A stretch of 64,000 nucleotides of DNA from Trichomonas gallinae (Eukaryota), in assembly GCA_008369845.1 (NCBI GenBank), contig MRSU01010452.1, forward strand, positions 1-64,000. Reading direction: 5' to 3'. Shown here one piece after another: positions 12,026-23,149 of this stretch. Made by a program: the position numbers and the translations under genes. The notes under the pieces were generated by a model, which was not told the origin of the DNA, ran no database searches, and was given only the letters and a program-made list of their open reading frames with translations. Numbering within the stretch: the stretch's first letter is position 1; each line of letters opens with the position of its first letter.

Positions 12026-12151
12026 AGCAGGCAAATATCAAACTAAAATCTTGAAAAATACAAAATTTTACAAAATTAGAATTATTTATATCATTCTTAG
12101 TCCAATATGAATCAATGCGGAAATCTTATAATTACAAATATAAACGGTCAC

Positions 12152-12380
12152 GTTTACGTGTCATATTTATTTTGTTTACGTGTCAGATATATTTATGAAT
12201 TTGTTTAGTTTACATATCAGCTTAGTTGACAAATTTGTTTTGTTTACATGTCGGATTGTTTGATAATTTTTAGTTTACATGCCAAATAAATTTTTGGTTT
12301 ACATGTCAGTTTTTTTTTTGATATTATTTATTGGATTTACGTGTCAGAATAATATTCAATTTATTCTGTTTACGTGTCAG
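12152..12380 (+). promoter_or_regulatory. Array of 8 TTTACRTGTCA-like motifs between divergent genes
   Basis: Copies near 12152, 12174, 12208, 12242, 12273, 12297, 12335 and 12368. Confidence 0.6.
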
Positions 12381-12717
12381 ATTATTATATCATCTCAATC
12401 AATTCATCAATAATTGATAATTTGGATCCTCTTCAAACCAATGATGTTATCAAACATGAATTTTTGAATGATTGCTATATTCAGTCATTTTGTGTATTAA
12501 ATTGAAATATAAGGAAAATAATAACAATGGCAAGATAGATTTATATAATTTTATCAAAATAGATTGTTATGATAACCAAGAATAAGGAAAAATTATTCAA
12601 TTTATCAATCAAAGCTTGATATTTTGATGAAAATTTTGGTAAATTAGAAATAATTTCAGTAGTTGTATCTATTGGTTGAATAAAGCGAAAAAGTTGTAAA
12701 TATAACTGAAAAAAAAA

Positions 12718-14058
12718 ATGTCGAAAATCGTTCGAACTGATTGGAGTGTTACAAGGGATTCCCTCGAAAACTTCCAGGTGAGCACAAAAAACATAGACAT
12801 GCTTAAAGGCAACTTCATTTTATCATGTTTCCTAGTTAGAAAGCAAATTTCAAATATTTTATGTTTCAAAATTGCCATTGAGAACATTTCTTATATAACA
12901 TACGAATTAATAGCAACAATCAATCTCATAAATAACAACGGTCCGCAATATAACGTTCCAATTTCTATAAAATCGAATTTCAATAAGACATGCACAGAAG
13001 TCACGATAGAAACGGATCTTGATTTGGACCAAATTGACTTAGATGGATACTTTAATATGGGAGAACTCAGATTTGAAGTAGTTTTTTCAGTTGTTGATAG
13101 AATATTCTTTAAAATCCCTGAATCAAACAACATAACGATCAACGATATCATCAAAAAGATCCTGAAACCGCATAAACTTACAGATAAATCAGTTTTAGAC
13201 GAACAGCACCAAAATTTCTTATTATCAGCTGCAAAATCAGTATTTCTTGATCAACCTGTTTTGCTTCGTTTGAAGGGCCCTATAATAGTCGTTGGAGATC
13301 TACATGGAAAGTATTTCGACATGATGCGCGTTTTTATGAAGTTTGGTTTCCCAGATAAGGTAAATTACGTGTTTTTAGGCGATTACGTTGATAGAGGATC
13401 CGACAGTTTAGACATTATTTATCTTCTGTTTGCCTTGAAAGTAAGATTTCCAGATAATATTTTCATGATCAGAGGAAATCACGAATGCGAGGAAATTTCA
13501 ACTATCAATGGCTTCAAAGAAGAATGCGAACGTAAGGGAGGCAATTACAAAGGAATTATCTCAGTTTTTGAATGTCTTCCGCTTGCTGGAATCATTTCTA
13601 ACAAGATTTTCCTTGTTCACGGTGGTATATCGCCGCATGTTAACAGCCTCGACCTTATCGAAAGCATACAAAGGCCAATTGTCTTCGACACTGATCATCC
13701 CGTAAATGATATGCTATGGTCAGATCCAAACCCCGATATTGAGCACTTTGGAGTATCAGAGCGTGGCCCATTCTCAATTTATGGAAAAACTGCCGCTGTT
13801 CACTTTTTGAAGAGATTAAACTTGGATCTTCTCGTTAGAGCTCACGAAGTCACTCAAAATGGTTTTGGATTCCCATTTGGTACAAATATTCCTGTAATTA
13901 CTGTCTATACTGCAACAGATTCGCATCAAAATAATCGCGGTGCAGTTATGCTGATTTCATCTGATTTAAGATATACCTTTGATGTTTTCAAAGGCCTTGA
14001 TGCACCAGGAGAAGCTCAAATGGAAAAGAAAGATTTCAATGAATTTATTTCGCTTTAG
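12718..14058 (+). CDS. Ser/Thr protein phosphatase (PPP family, PP1-like) with N-terminal extension
   Basis: GDLHG, GDYVDRG, RGNHE, HGG, LWSDP and RAHE motifs. Confidence 0.93.
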   Translation: MSKIVRTDWSVTRDSLENFQVSTKNIDMLKGNFILSCFLVRKQISNILCFKIAIENISYITYELIATINLINNNGPQYNVPISIKSNFNKTCTEVTIETDLDLDQIDLDGYFNMGELRFEVVFSVVDRIFFKIPESNNITINDIIKKILKPHKLTDKSVLDEQHQNFLLSAAKSVFLDQPVLLRLKGPIIVVGDLHGKYFDMMRVFMKFGFPDKVNYVFLGDYVDRGSDSLDIIYLLFALKVRFPDNIFMIRGNHECEEISTINGFKEECERKGGNYKGIISVFECLPLAGIISNKIFLVHGGISPHVNSLDLIESIQRPIVFDTDHPVNDMLWSDPNPDIEHFGVSERGPFSIYGKTAAVHFLKRLNLDLLVRAHEVTQNGFGFPFGTNIPVITVYTATDSHQNNRGAVMLISSDLRYTFDVFKGLDAPGEAQMEKKDFNEFISL

Positions 14059-14255
14059 AAACTATATATTTGTTTGTATTTTTATATTTCATTACTTCTA
14101 AACTTTATGTCATTTAATTAGCAGGTTGTAAAAACAAAATATTTATAATTTTTTTATATAAACAAGAAAATTTGCAAATTCAAGTTAGTATATTGATGTA
14201 TAGCATGGTTAATACATGTAATTCATTCTATTAATTATTTTCGATATTCATTAAA

Positions 14256-14852
14256 TTAATTTAGGCTAATCGAGCCATCTTGTATGTTTTCTGTTGTAGC
14301 AACATCAATAACTAATAGAACTGAAACAATGAACATGATTAATGAAATAATTAAATATGCTAATCCTGTAGTTGTTATTTTTCGATTAACATTTTTGTAA
14401 ATTGAGTGGAAACATGAATTTGGCTTTTTGAATGGGCATTCATCAACTGGAATATCATTAATTTTGAAAAATCCGCAACATCTATATTTATTCTGGATTA
14501 AATCGATTTCAGACGAGTCAATATTGTGTTTCCATGTCTGTTGTAGCGATGATAAGTAAATATTTGGATTAAAAGCAAGTCTAAGTCCGATATAAAATTC
14601 GAAAAAGCAAATGCAAGAGCCTGCGGCGATATATGCGACTATAGTATTTGTATTTTTTGATTTCTGTGATAAAATTGTCGCTGAGAATACAGTAACAATA
14701 AAGGAAGAAATTAAATTTGTTATTAAAAGCGAGTCATCTAATAAATATATACCCGATTTCTTAACATATCCGTATATAAACAAGTGGAGCAACACAGATG
14801 TAACAATACTACCAGTGCTGATAATTCCAGCTAACCAATATAATGCACCCAT
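14256..14852 (-). CDS. Tetraspanin-like membrane protein
   Basis: Four hydrophobic segments and a CCG motif (IQNKYRCCGF) in the large loop. Confidence 0.8.
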   Translation of the reverse strand: MGALYWLAGIISTGSIVTSVLLHLFIYGYVKKSGIYLLDDSLLITNLISSFIVTVFSATILSQKSKNTNTIVAYIAAGSCICFFEFYIGLRLAFNPNIYLSSLQQTWKHNIDSSEIDLIQNKYRCCGFFKINDIPVDECPFKKPNSCFHSIYKNVNRKITTTGLAYLIISLIMFIVSVLLVIDVATTENIQDGSISLN

Positions 14853-15364
14853 ATTTCGAAATGACCCTATATTTATTAGTCAGACCCTCTTTTATTATTC
14901 CAACCCTATAATTATTTTCCAGACCCTTAAATAATTTTTGAAGCGTATGTTGTATATTTTGCAACCTTCTACAGTATCTGCCAACAAAACGCAGCAAGAT
15001 ATCAGTGATGTATTTGAGAAAATAAACCAATTGAATCAATCAATGATATAAATAAAATATCGAATCAATAAAAATCATGGAACACGAAAAATTCAAGCTT
15101 TTAAACGATGTGAGAAAATCAAATAAAAAGATAGATGAAGTGTTTAATGATGAAAATATATATAAATATGTGAGTAGATTTGAGGATATAGCCTTAAAAA
15201 TGGGCGAATAGTTAACATTGAAGGAAGGAAAAGTGTTGCTATTTTTGGCAGTTGTGAAGCAGTTTGCATGTTTGATTCTATGGAAATTGTTGCATGTGTT
15301 TGATTTGTCATGGAATCCATGATTTTTTTTTTTTTTTTTTTACAATCGAATAAGCAATAATGAA

Positions 15365-16348
15365 TTAATTCTTGGGAATGATATCCTTCAAGCATGCAAC
15401 AAATTCATCGCTGCAATCTGCGATTACGAACTTCTCTGGGTGTTCTGCGATAAGCTTTCTCTGTGTTCCAGGATGAGTGTTAAGGGCAACAATCTTTCTC
15501 AATGGGCTCTGGAGAAGGAAGTTGATGATCTTGTCATCATTTGGCAAGAAGTGGGAGACTAAGACATCTACAGACAAAGCACCAACACTGAGGTACTTTT
15601 CGGCTGCGTGGACAAGTGTTGTGCCGCTTCTTGTCATATCATCGTAAATTACAACGTGGCGACCCTTAACATCACCGATGACTTCGAATGCTTGCGATTT
15701 AGATTCATCTCCGACCATTGTTCTGACTTTTCTGATGAACGCGACAGGAGTTCCAGTATCTCTTGCGAAAGAGTTAACCCAGGCTGTTCTACCAAGGTCT
15801 GCTGATGCAAACATGAATGTTGAAGGATCAAAGCCAATAGAAGGTAAAGCTCTTAATAAAGCTTTTTGTCCGTAAAGCTCCAATCTCAAGCACGGGCCTT
15901 CGAAGTAGTGGAGAAGACCAGCTGTGTGAAGATCGAACAGAAGGAAGACGTTACCATTTGATCCTGAGCCGATTGAAGATAACATCTGTATTGTGCACTT
16001 AGCTGTGACGACTTCACCTGGAAGAACAGCACGCTCCATTGTTGAGTATGCCATAAATGGTATAATAAAGACACGTCTCCTTACACCGTATTGAACCAAT
16101 GTTGAGCCAACACGAACAACTTCAAGAATATCGTCATCATCCACTAATGCACTAACATATATTGATATTTTACCTAACAATTCGAAATTTGATTGAACAT
16201 CAAGTCGATAATATTTTTCTCCGCCTGGAAATGCCGATCTTTTGATATTTAAATGATTTGGGTGGAATCCATACTCTATAAGTTGCTTTTCTATCAGGTC
16301 TGAGAAGTATTTTGATTTATCAGTGCTGAGAATTAGTAATTCACTCAT
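15365..16348 (-). CDS. Ribose-phosphate pyrophosphokinase (PRPP synthetase)
   Basis: FPGGE, DLH, ADLG, IGDVKGRHVVIYDDMTRSGTTL. Confidence 0.92.
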   Translation of the reverse strand: MSELLILSTDKSKYFSDLIEKQLIEYGFHPNHLNIKRSAFPGGEKYYRLDVQSNFELLGKISIYVSALVDDDDILEVVRVGSTLVQYGVRRRVFIIPFMAYSTMERAVLPGEVVTAKCTIQMLSSIGSGSNGNVFLLFDLHTAGLLHYFEGPCLRLELYGQKALLRALPSIGFDPSTFMFASADLGRTAWVNSFARDTGTPVAFIRKVRTMVGDESKSQAFEVIGDVKGRHVVIYDDMTRSGTTLVHAAEKYLSVGALSVDVLVSHFLPNDDKIINFLLQSPLRKIVALNTHPGTQRKLIAEHPEKFVIADCSDEFVACLKDIIPKN

Positions 16349-16661
16349 AATTTTTGTCACTTTTTGAGCAATTATTAATTCAAAATGAAATCTATTTAAT
16401 TCAACTTATAATTATCTGTATATTCTATATATCAAAGATTTTTCAATTTGCCAAAATTAATTTACATGGCATAAAATTAACTTTATATGTCATAAAATAA
16501 TTATACGTGTCATATTTTTGCAAATTTCTTTATTGTTGCTACTCCCTGAAATATAATGGATTTAAGTGTCAAAAGTTGTATTTCGGCTATAATAAATTTG
16601 CAAAAGTGCAGATGTAAAAAAAACAATATTTAATAAATCGGCTAAAAGTTAAAACATTTAT

Positions 16662-17228
16662 TCAGTGTTTTGGTCTATCTGAAGGATAGATTCTGAATCC
16701 GAAGATTCTAGGTTCATATGGAACTGCTGGTTCGGCTGGAATTACTCCTGGATAAGCATTCAAGAAATTACGTATATAATTTGGTCCAAACCACGAACCA
16801 TCGATTTTCTTGTAGTCATCTGTTTCGATTATGTAAACATCTGAGCAATTTGGACAAAACCATTGAACATGAACTTCTGAAGGATTTGTAGATACTCCAT
16901 ATGGAAGGCACAAGCAACATTTGCATAAAATATGTGGGCATCTATGGAAAATCTGTTCTTTATATTTTTCGCAGAGTGCAGCTAAGCCCTCATCAGTTTC
17001 CAAGTACTTAGCATGAATTCCACCATAAAATTTCATGGCGTCTTCCTCTGTAGATGCTGATTCTAACGAATTTTGTTTCTGAAGTAATAATTTTATGGCA
17101 GTTGTTGGTTGTTTGGATAATGATTGTATGTCAGGATCTTTAGAATGCTCCTTTATGAACTCATCTGGCACTTTTACTAATATTTTATAAGGATTGCGTG
17201 CTAATATATAATCAATCCAACCCTTCAT
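16662..17228 (-). CDS. Casein kinase II regulatory (beta) subunit
   Basis: YGGIHAKY, CPHILC...FCPNCSDVY zinc ribbon, IDGSWFG, YEPRIFGFRI. Confidence 0.9.
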   Translation of the reverse strand: MKGWIDYILARNPYKILVKVPDEFIKEHSKDPDIQSLSKQPTTAIKLLLQKQNSLESASTEEDAMKFYGGIHAKYLETDEGLAALCEKYKEQIFHRCPHILCKCCLCLPYGVSTNPSEVHVQWFCPNCSDVYIIETDDYKKIDGSWFGPNYIRNFLNAYPGVIPAEPAVPYEPRIFGFRIYPSDRPKH

Positions 17229-17761
17229 CTGTTTTTTTTTTTTTTTTTGCTTTGTAAATCATAATCTAAATTTACATGGCAAAAATATAACTTTAATGAA
17301 AAGCAGTAGTTCTGTACATGTTTTAAAGATTGGTCATGTTATTAAAAAAACGCAAAAATTTTATATGATTCAAAGTTGATGTTCTTATTACTTTATTGCT
17401 AGATAAAAATTAATATTTTTTTTTTATATGGCTTACCTTTCATCGATTATAGTATACTATGAAAAACATGGAATTATCTGTTAATCATTGATGCTTTGAT
17501 GAAGCATTTTAAAAAATCGATATGTAAAACTAAATAGAACTCTAACAAAAAACTTAGTACATTAAAATTTATACTTATACACATGTAGTGATTGTATAGT
17601 AGAAGTATTAAATCTCAAGACTCATTATAGAAAAATAAGTTTTTGATGTTGCGTCAAATAACTAGTTTGTTGTAAGGGAAATAATGATGTACTAGAAGAG
17701 AAAGAAAAAATATTAATTTGATCAAAGAAGAAAAACATGAATTTAATAAATTAAAAGAAAG

Positions 17762-19156
17762 TTAAGCGGTGAGGAAATCTTCCTTCTCAGCACGCTGGTA
17801 CTCCTCTATCATGCTCATGACTACGTTGCAAGAGTCTTCTAGCTCTGTCTTTGGATTAGATCCGAGAACTGATGCGTTTGTCTTAGTGAATTCGTTTAAG
17901 TAGGCATCTGTCTTTATGAGACCCTTGTAGTCGTCGATGATTCTCTTGAAAAGTTTCACGATATTTGTGTGATTTGCAAGCATGAGACCAGAAACTCTGT
18001 TTGGCATTGCCACGTATGGCGACTTCCTTGAAAGAGCGAGTTGTATTGATGCTGGGCCCCAAGGAATGAATCTCAACTTTTGATTTTCGTGAATCTGCCT
18101 CAAAGCTGAGTGAATTTCTGTTGGATCGATTTCTCCTTGAAGTATGTTCAAGATTGACATGTATAAACCATTGCTCATCTCTGTGCTAACCATGATATTC
18201 TTTTGATCCAATAATCTGTTCATAACTTCGATAACTGATGTCTTCTGGATGTACTGGCGGATGGAAGGAAGTGTAATTGGTGTATAGCCTGTCATTAAGA
18301 AGTGGCATTTTGGTGTTGGAACCAAAGGAGCCAAAAGTGAGACTAAATCGTTGTTTGAGTATGATGGGAATCTGAGTGTAGCTGTTGTAGCAGCCATAAC
18401 GTTTGAAACAAGCATGTTCATTTCTCTGAATGAAGATGCATTTCTCTTTGTTGTGAATCCATCGCCAAGCTCATCGTCTTCTTTCTTCTTTGAGATGCCT
18501 CCTGGTGTCTTAGGATTTGTAATGTTAGCAAGAGCTGTATTATCAAGGACAACAACAGCATCGCAATTATTTGTCAATCTCTTCAGTGTAAGAACGCTGT
18601 TGTATGGGGCAACGACGACATCTTTGTCTGTTGCACCTGGGAACACTGAGTATGAGATTGTTGTCGCTTTCTTATATTCATCAGATAATTTTTCAATGAG
18701 GAAAGAGCCTAAACCGGAACCTGTACCACCACTAATGGAATGTGTGAAAATGAATCCTTCCAATGCATCAGCAACTTCGACTTCACGACGGACCATTTCA
18801 GAGAAAATTTCGTAATTCGCTTCACCTTCAGCGTAACCTGTACCCCAAACGTTACCAGCACCACTACCTTGGGATCCTATGAAGATATTCTCAGGATTGA
18901 AGAAATCTGAGAGCTCTGACTTTCTAATTCCAGAAATAACTCTAGGCTCAAGATCGATCAAAATGGCTCTCGGAATATACCTTCCGTCATCAGCTGAGTA
19001 GAAGAATACGTCTTTTCTGTCTTCAAGTGTGTTTTCTGGCTCTTTTAATACTCCATCGGGGCCAATGCCGTGTTCCGTCGACAGAGTCTTCCAGAATTCA
19101 AGGCCAATGGAGTTGCCGCACTGGCCAATCTGTAGAGTGATGATCTTTTTACTCAT
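17762..19156 (-). CDS. TUBG1: Gamma-tubulin
   Basis: IITLQIGQCGN, YIPRAILIDLEPRV, GGTGSG, WGPASIQLAL, VSGLMLANHT. Confidence 0.97.
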   Translation of the reverse strand: MSKKIITLQIGQCGNSIGLEFWKTLSTEHGIGPDGVLKEPENTLEDRKDVFFYSADDGRYIPRAILIDLEPRVISGIRKSELSDFFNPENIFIGSQGSGAGNVWGTGYAEGEANYEIFSEMVRREVEVADALEGFIFTHSISGGTGSGLGSFLIEKLSDEYKKATTISYSVFPGATDKDVVVAPYNSVLTLKRLTNNCDAVVVLDNTALANITNPKTPGGISKKKEDDELGDGFTTKRNASSFREMNMLVSNVMAATTATLRFPSYSNNDLVSLLAPLVPTPKCHFLMTGYTPITLPSIRQYIQKTSVIEVMNRLLDQKNIMVSTEMSNGLYMSILNILQGEIDPTEIHSALRQIHENQKLRFIPWGPASIQLALSRKSPYVAMPNRVSGLMLANHTNIVKLFKRIIDDYKGLIKTDAYLNEFTKTNASVLGSNPKTELEDSCNVVMSMIEEYQRAEKEDFLTA

Positions 19157-19518
19157 TTACCAAAAAATGATTTTTAAAAAAGTGAACGTTTATTAATTCG
19201 AACAACTTCAAAAGTGACTATAACCAAAATATACATGTTTTATTTCATTTTTTGGATTTTAAAAAATTTGATTCCTTTAAAATTAAAATTAAATCATTAA
19301 AGCTCATTAATTATTCACAAACTACAGGATTATCTTAAAAATTTCAGAGTTTCACGTTGATTTCTGTGATTTATCAAATATATTTTTCGATTTTTATAGA
19401 GAAAGTTATATTTTTGTTTTATAAAAATATCAAGTGTCAACAGAATGTTTAGAATATTAAAGGAATAAGGCCGAAATTGCTGCTTTAGGGCTGAAAAATA
19501 AAAAACGAATTTTTAAAA

Positions 19519-21681
19519 ATGTCTGAAAACTCTTCGAAAAGGCCGTCGACAGTTACATTTGATGTCGATTACCACAGGCCTGGAACTCGAAGCGGTGCAC
19601 GGACAGCTTCAGGAACCAGAAAGAAGCCAGAGTTGAAATCTCAAACAAGAAAAACTACGCAAAACCTAAAAACAGCAGATTTATCGCATATTACTGATAC
19701 GAAGACGACACCTAACGTTCCTACATTCATACCTGACGAATTTACCAAAGAAGTTGCTACTCCAATTCCATTGAGGCCAGGAACTTCGCAACTGGATCCA
19801 GAAAACAACCAGTGGCTCACACGCGTGTTTCCTTCGCCTGAACCGACCGATTCTCGCCAAGAAGTCGAGAATTTGGGACAATGGCTAAATTCAGTTTTAG
19901 AAAAAAATCAGCAAGAGTCGAAAGAACCGATAGAATTGGCAGCTAACGCACGTCACTGGTTTACTGTTGCATATGAGGAGCTCTGCAGACAAGTTTCTGT
20001 TGAATGTCCAGAAAGATCAACACTTTTACTATCGATTTGGCGTCGTTATCAGGAACTGTTTGCAAGAGTTGTTCAGCTGCATCAAGAAGAAAAGAACTAT
20101 CTCATATCAAATCACAAGGAAAGATTGCAAATCCTTAAATCTCAATTAGATCATGATCAATCGCGATTAAAACAAGTAACACAACAATACAGAGATGACC
20201 AAGAACGTTGGTCTAACGCTAGAGAACGCGATGAAACAAAATTTGCGAATATGAGAAAGAAATTAGATCTTCAAGTCAAAAATAAGCGCTCACTCCAAAT
20301 GCAAATCAAAATCCTTCGTGATCAGCTAGAAAAACCACATTCAACTCAAACATCACAAGAACAGTTCGAAATTAAAGAAGAAACAGAAGAGAAAACAGAG
20401 CAAGAACCAATTACAGAAAGACATATTTCAGATAAAACGCATACATTTCGCGGAAGAATCAGAAAAGATTTTCCACATATGCATGAAGCAGTCAATATTT
20501 TGGATGATATATCACGTCTTGTGGATCAAGATCGTCTGCCAGCAAATATTACGAGGGAACAATTCCCAACAATCTTAATTCCAGTTCATGCTTTGAGAAT
20601 TCCGAAAATCAGGACTTTAAAGTGGGTTTTATCTGCAATTTCGCTCTTTTATGGCCTAAGATTGACAGATTTAGCTGAAAGAAGAATGGTTAGCGATTAT
20701 TCAACAAATCGCCAACATTTCGCTGAAGACATTTACCAGCACTTTCTAGTGATGTTTGGAAACCCACAGGAAGCAGCAGAGACCTTCTTCGACCTTGTTG
20801 AGTCCGCAAGATCACATGCTGACTCTGGAAATCTTCGATGCAAGCATTTCCTTCAATTTTTAGATGTTGTTCAGCCATACAGGGACAGCGTCTACCTGGA
20901 CTTCTACTGTTACTGTTTAGGCTGCTTTTTGTCAACAAACGCAGCTCAAGGTCAACTTTTCAAGGATGAATTAGACTCGGAAGGAGAAAAGTTCTCTCCT
21001 GTCAACGGATCATTGGTTATTGACAGAACGAAGAAGGTTCTCTATGCAGTATCAGATGGTGCGAGTGCTGAGAGTTTCATAAATCGATTGACAGCGAAGC
21101 TCAACATCAAAGAAGGCGAAGAATTCGATACGATTGTTTCCGAAGATATAATTTTGGATGAATTGATGATATTTTATCAGTCAGAAGAATCGAGGATGAC
21201 TGACCAGATTCGTGAGCAGTATGACATGGATGCTGCACAGTTTGGTGGCATTGTGACATTCGGGCAATTCCAAACATTAGCATTGTTTTCATCGAGAAAA
21301 ATCGACCCGAGAAGTTACGTCGAAATGATGAGAGAAACATTCGAGAAAATGACAACAGAGACAATATCATTTGGTGGACTTATTGATGCAATGCACAGAC
21401 GCGCAATGCTTGTTCCATTCTCGTTCGAGAGAATCGACTATGATATAGCTGACCATCTCGAAGACATGTACGGATTTATGACAGCTGAATATGAATTCCA
21501 CAAACCTGACCTAGAAGCGAAACTCGAAACGCTCGAGAAAACAGACGATGGAGCTTACAAAGCGCTTCTTGCAGCTAAGACTAAGCTGGAGCAAGTCATG
21601 GAATCAAAGAGAATCGGCTTCTTCACTGAAGTCGCGCAAAGAGAGTTTTACGAAAGACTCCGCTCAATCAATATTGAGTAA
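19519..21681 (+). CDS. Axonemal dynein light chain domain-containing coiled-coil protein
   Basis: YEELCRQVSVECPERSTLLLSIW matches the p28-type Ax_dynein_light motif. Confidence 0.7.
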   Translation: MSENSSKRPSTVTFDVDYHRPGTRSGARTASGTRKKPELKSQTRKTTQNLKTADLSHITDTKTTPNVPTFIPDEFTKEVATPIPLRPGTSQLDPENNQWLTRVFPSPEPTDSRQEVENLGQWLNSVLEKNQQESKEPIELAANARHWFTVAYEELCRQVSVECPERSTLLLSIWRRYQELFARVVQLHQEEKNYLISNHKERLQILKSQLDHDQSRLKQVTQQYRDDQERWSNARERDETKFANMRKKLDLQVKNKRSLQMQIKILRDQLEKPHSTQTSQEQFEIKEETEEKTEQEPITERHISDKTHTFRGRIRKDFPHMHEAVNILDDISRLVDQDRLPANITREQFPTILIPVHALRIPKIRTLKWVLSAISLFYGLRLTDLAERRMVSDYSTNRQHFAEDIYQHFLVMFGNPQEAAETFFDLVESARSHADSGNLRCKHFLQFLDVVQPYRDSVYLDFYCYCLGCFLSTNAAQGQLFKDELDSEGEKFSPVNGSLVIDRTKKVLYAVSDGASAESFINRLTAKLNIKEGEEFDTIVSEDIILDELMIFYQSEESRMTDQIREQYDMDAAQFGGIVTFGQFQTLALFSSRKIDPRSYVEMMRETFEKMTTETISFGGLIDAMHRRAMLVPFSFERIDYDIADHLEDMYGFMTAEYEFHKPDLEAKLETLEKTDDGAYKALLAAKTKLEQVMESKRIGFFTEVAQREFYERLRSINIE

Positions 21682-22029
21682 TTTTTTTTATTTCCTTTTT
21701 ATTTTTGTTTGTAATAAAAACTATTGTTGTTTGCTATTATATTAAACAGAGGATTTGAATTTTATCTATGAATATTTAATCATTTTATCAAAAATACTAT
21801 ATATATCAAAATAAATAAAATCATTTGATTGATTTAATTGAGTTTATGTTATAATTATCATGATAATAGATGTAATTGATATAGTATATAAATATTTCAA
21901 TTGTTATGAGTTGCGTAAGAGAAAATTTTTGGATAAAAAATATTATCTTAAAATCACGGAGTAGTATTTAATAGTTTAATCAACAAAGCTAGAATAAGAC
22001 TGTATATAAAGAATTACATGGAAGGAAGA

Positions 22030-22641
22030 CTAGCAAGCACATCCTTGAGAAGATTCTGTATCAGAGTTTGTAGTTGTAGGTCTGGCTGATGGAGTAGATA
22101 CTGGAATTCCATGTGCTGACGATTTCATTAAATGCTGAGCTATAAAATTAATCATATCAGCAATTCCTGTTCCATCGAAAGCAGAAGTCAAAAACCACTT
22201 AATTCCGCTGTTTGCAGACCAAGAAGCAAGCATATCATCAGAAACTTGCCTTTCCATCTGCATATCAGCTTTATTTGCTGCGACGACAAGCAATGCTTCG
22301 TTTCCAGCAATTTTTCTGAAGTTCGTTATCCATTCGTCGATATGCTGGAACGATACTAATGAAGTAATATCGATAACAATTATTCCAACATGCGCATTTC
22401 TGTAATAAATTGGTCCTAACGCTCTGAATTTCTCTTGTCCGGCTGTATCCCATATCTGCATCTCTACGTGCTCATTGCCAACTTGAGCTAAATGCATCAC
22501 GAACATTGCGCCAACCGTTGTTTGCTCATTTTTGTTAAACTCGTTGTGCACAAGCTTGTTTATGATCGATGTCTTGCCAACAGAAGCATCGCCTATCGTG
22601 ACAACTCTGTAGATCGGCGGTGCTTTGTCTCCCAATAACAT
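22030..22641 (-). CDS. Rab-family small GTPase
   Basis: GDASVGKTS, WDTAGQE, NKAD, TSA, C-terminal CAC. Confidence 0.95.
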   Translation of the reverse strand: MLLGDKAPPIYRVVTIGDASVGKTSIINKLVHNEFNKNEQTTVGAMFVMHLAQVGNEHVEMQIWDTAGQEKFRALGPIYYRNAHVGIIVIDITSLVSFQHIDEWITNFRKIAGNEALLVVAANKADMQMERQVSDDMLASWSANSGIKWFLTSAFDGTGIADMINFIAQHLMKSSAHGIPVSTPSARPTTTNSDTESSQGCAC

Positions 22642-23149
22642 TTTTTTAATTTTTTTTTCTTTGTTGATATTTTTGGCTTTAAAACTATGTGTTTAGTTGT
22701 TTTCCGATTTTTCTGAGAAAAAAATGACATGAAAAAATCCGAAAAATTCAAAAATTTTCTCAAAAAAATGGAATTTAGCGATCATCACAGCAACCCTGTA
22801 ATTCTCTGATGAAAACACACTGATATTTACAACTTTTGATTCCCTTACACTACCATAGAATTCATTGACGCACCACAAAAATGTGCTTAAGTTTTGAGAA
22901 TCAACATTTATCTATTCTATCTTTTAAATGTTTGATTTGCATCATGCTGGATCCATAAATCAACGATTAATGCACGAAGATAATATTTTCAAAACCAACA
23001 ACAAAGGTTAGATGATATTTAACAAAAATTCGATAAGATAATCTATAAATTAAGTAATATACAAACATTTTATAAAACATTAATTAAATATATTAAAAAT
23101 TAATGATAATTTTGTCTCGTTTCATTAGGTTATTTGGAAACTAAACGTA

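Noticed and set aside
12152..12380. CRISPR-like repeat-spacer array
   Set aside because: Eukaryotic context, repeats are only ~11 bp and degenerate, and no cas genes are present.
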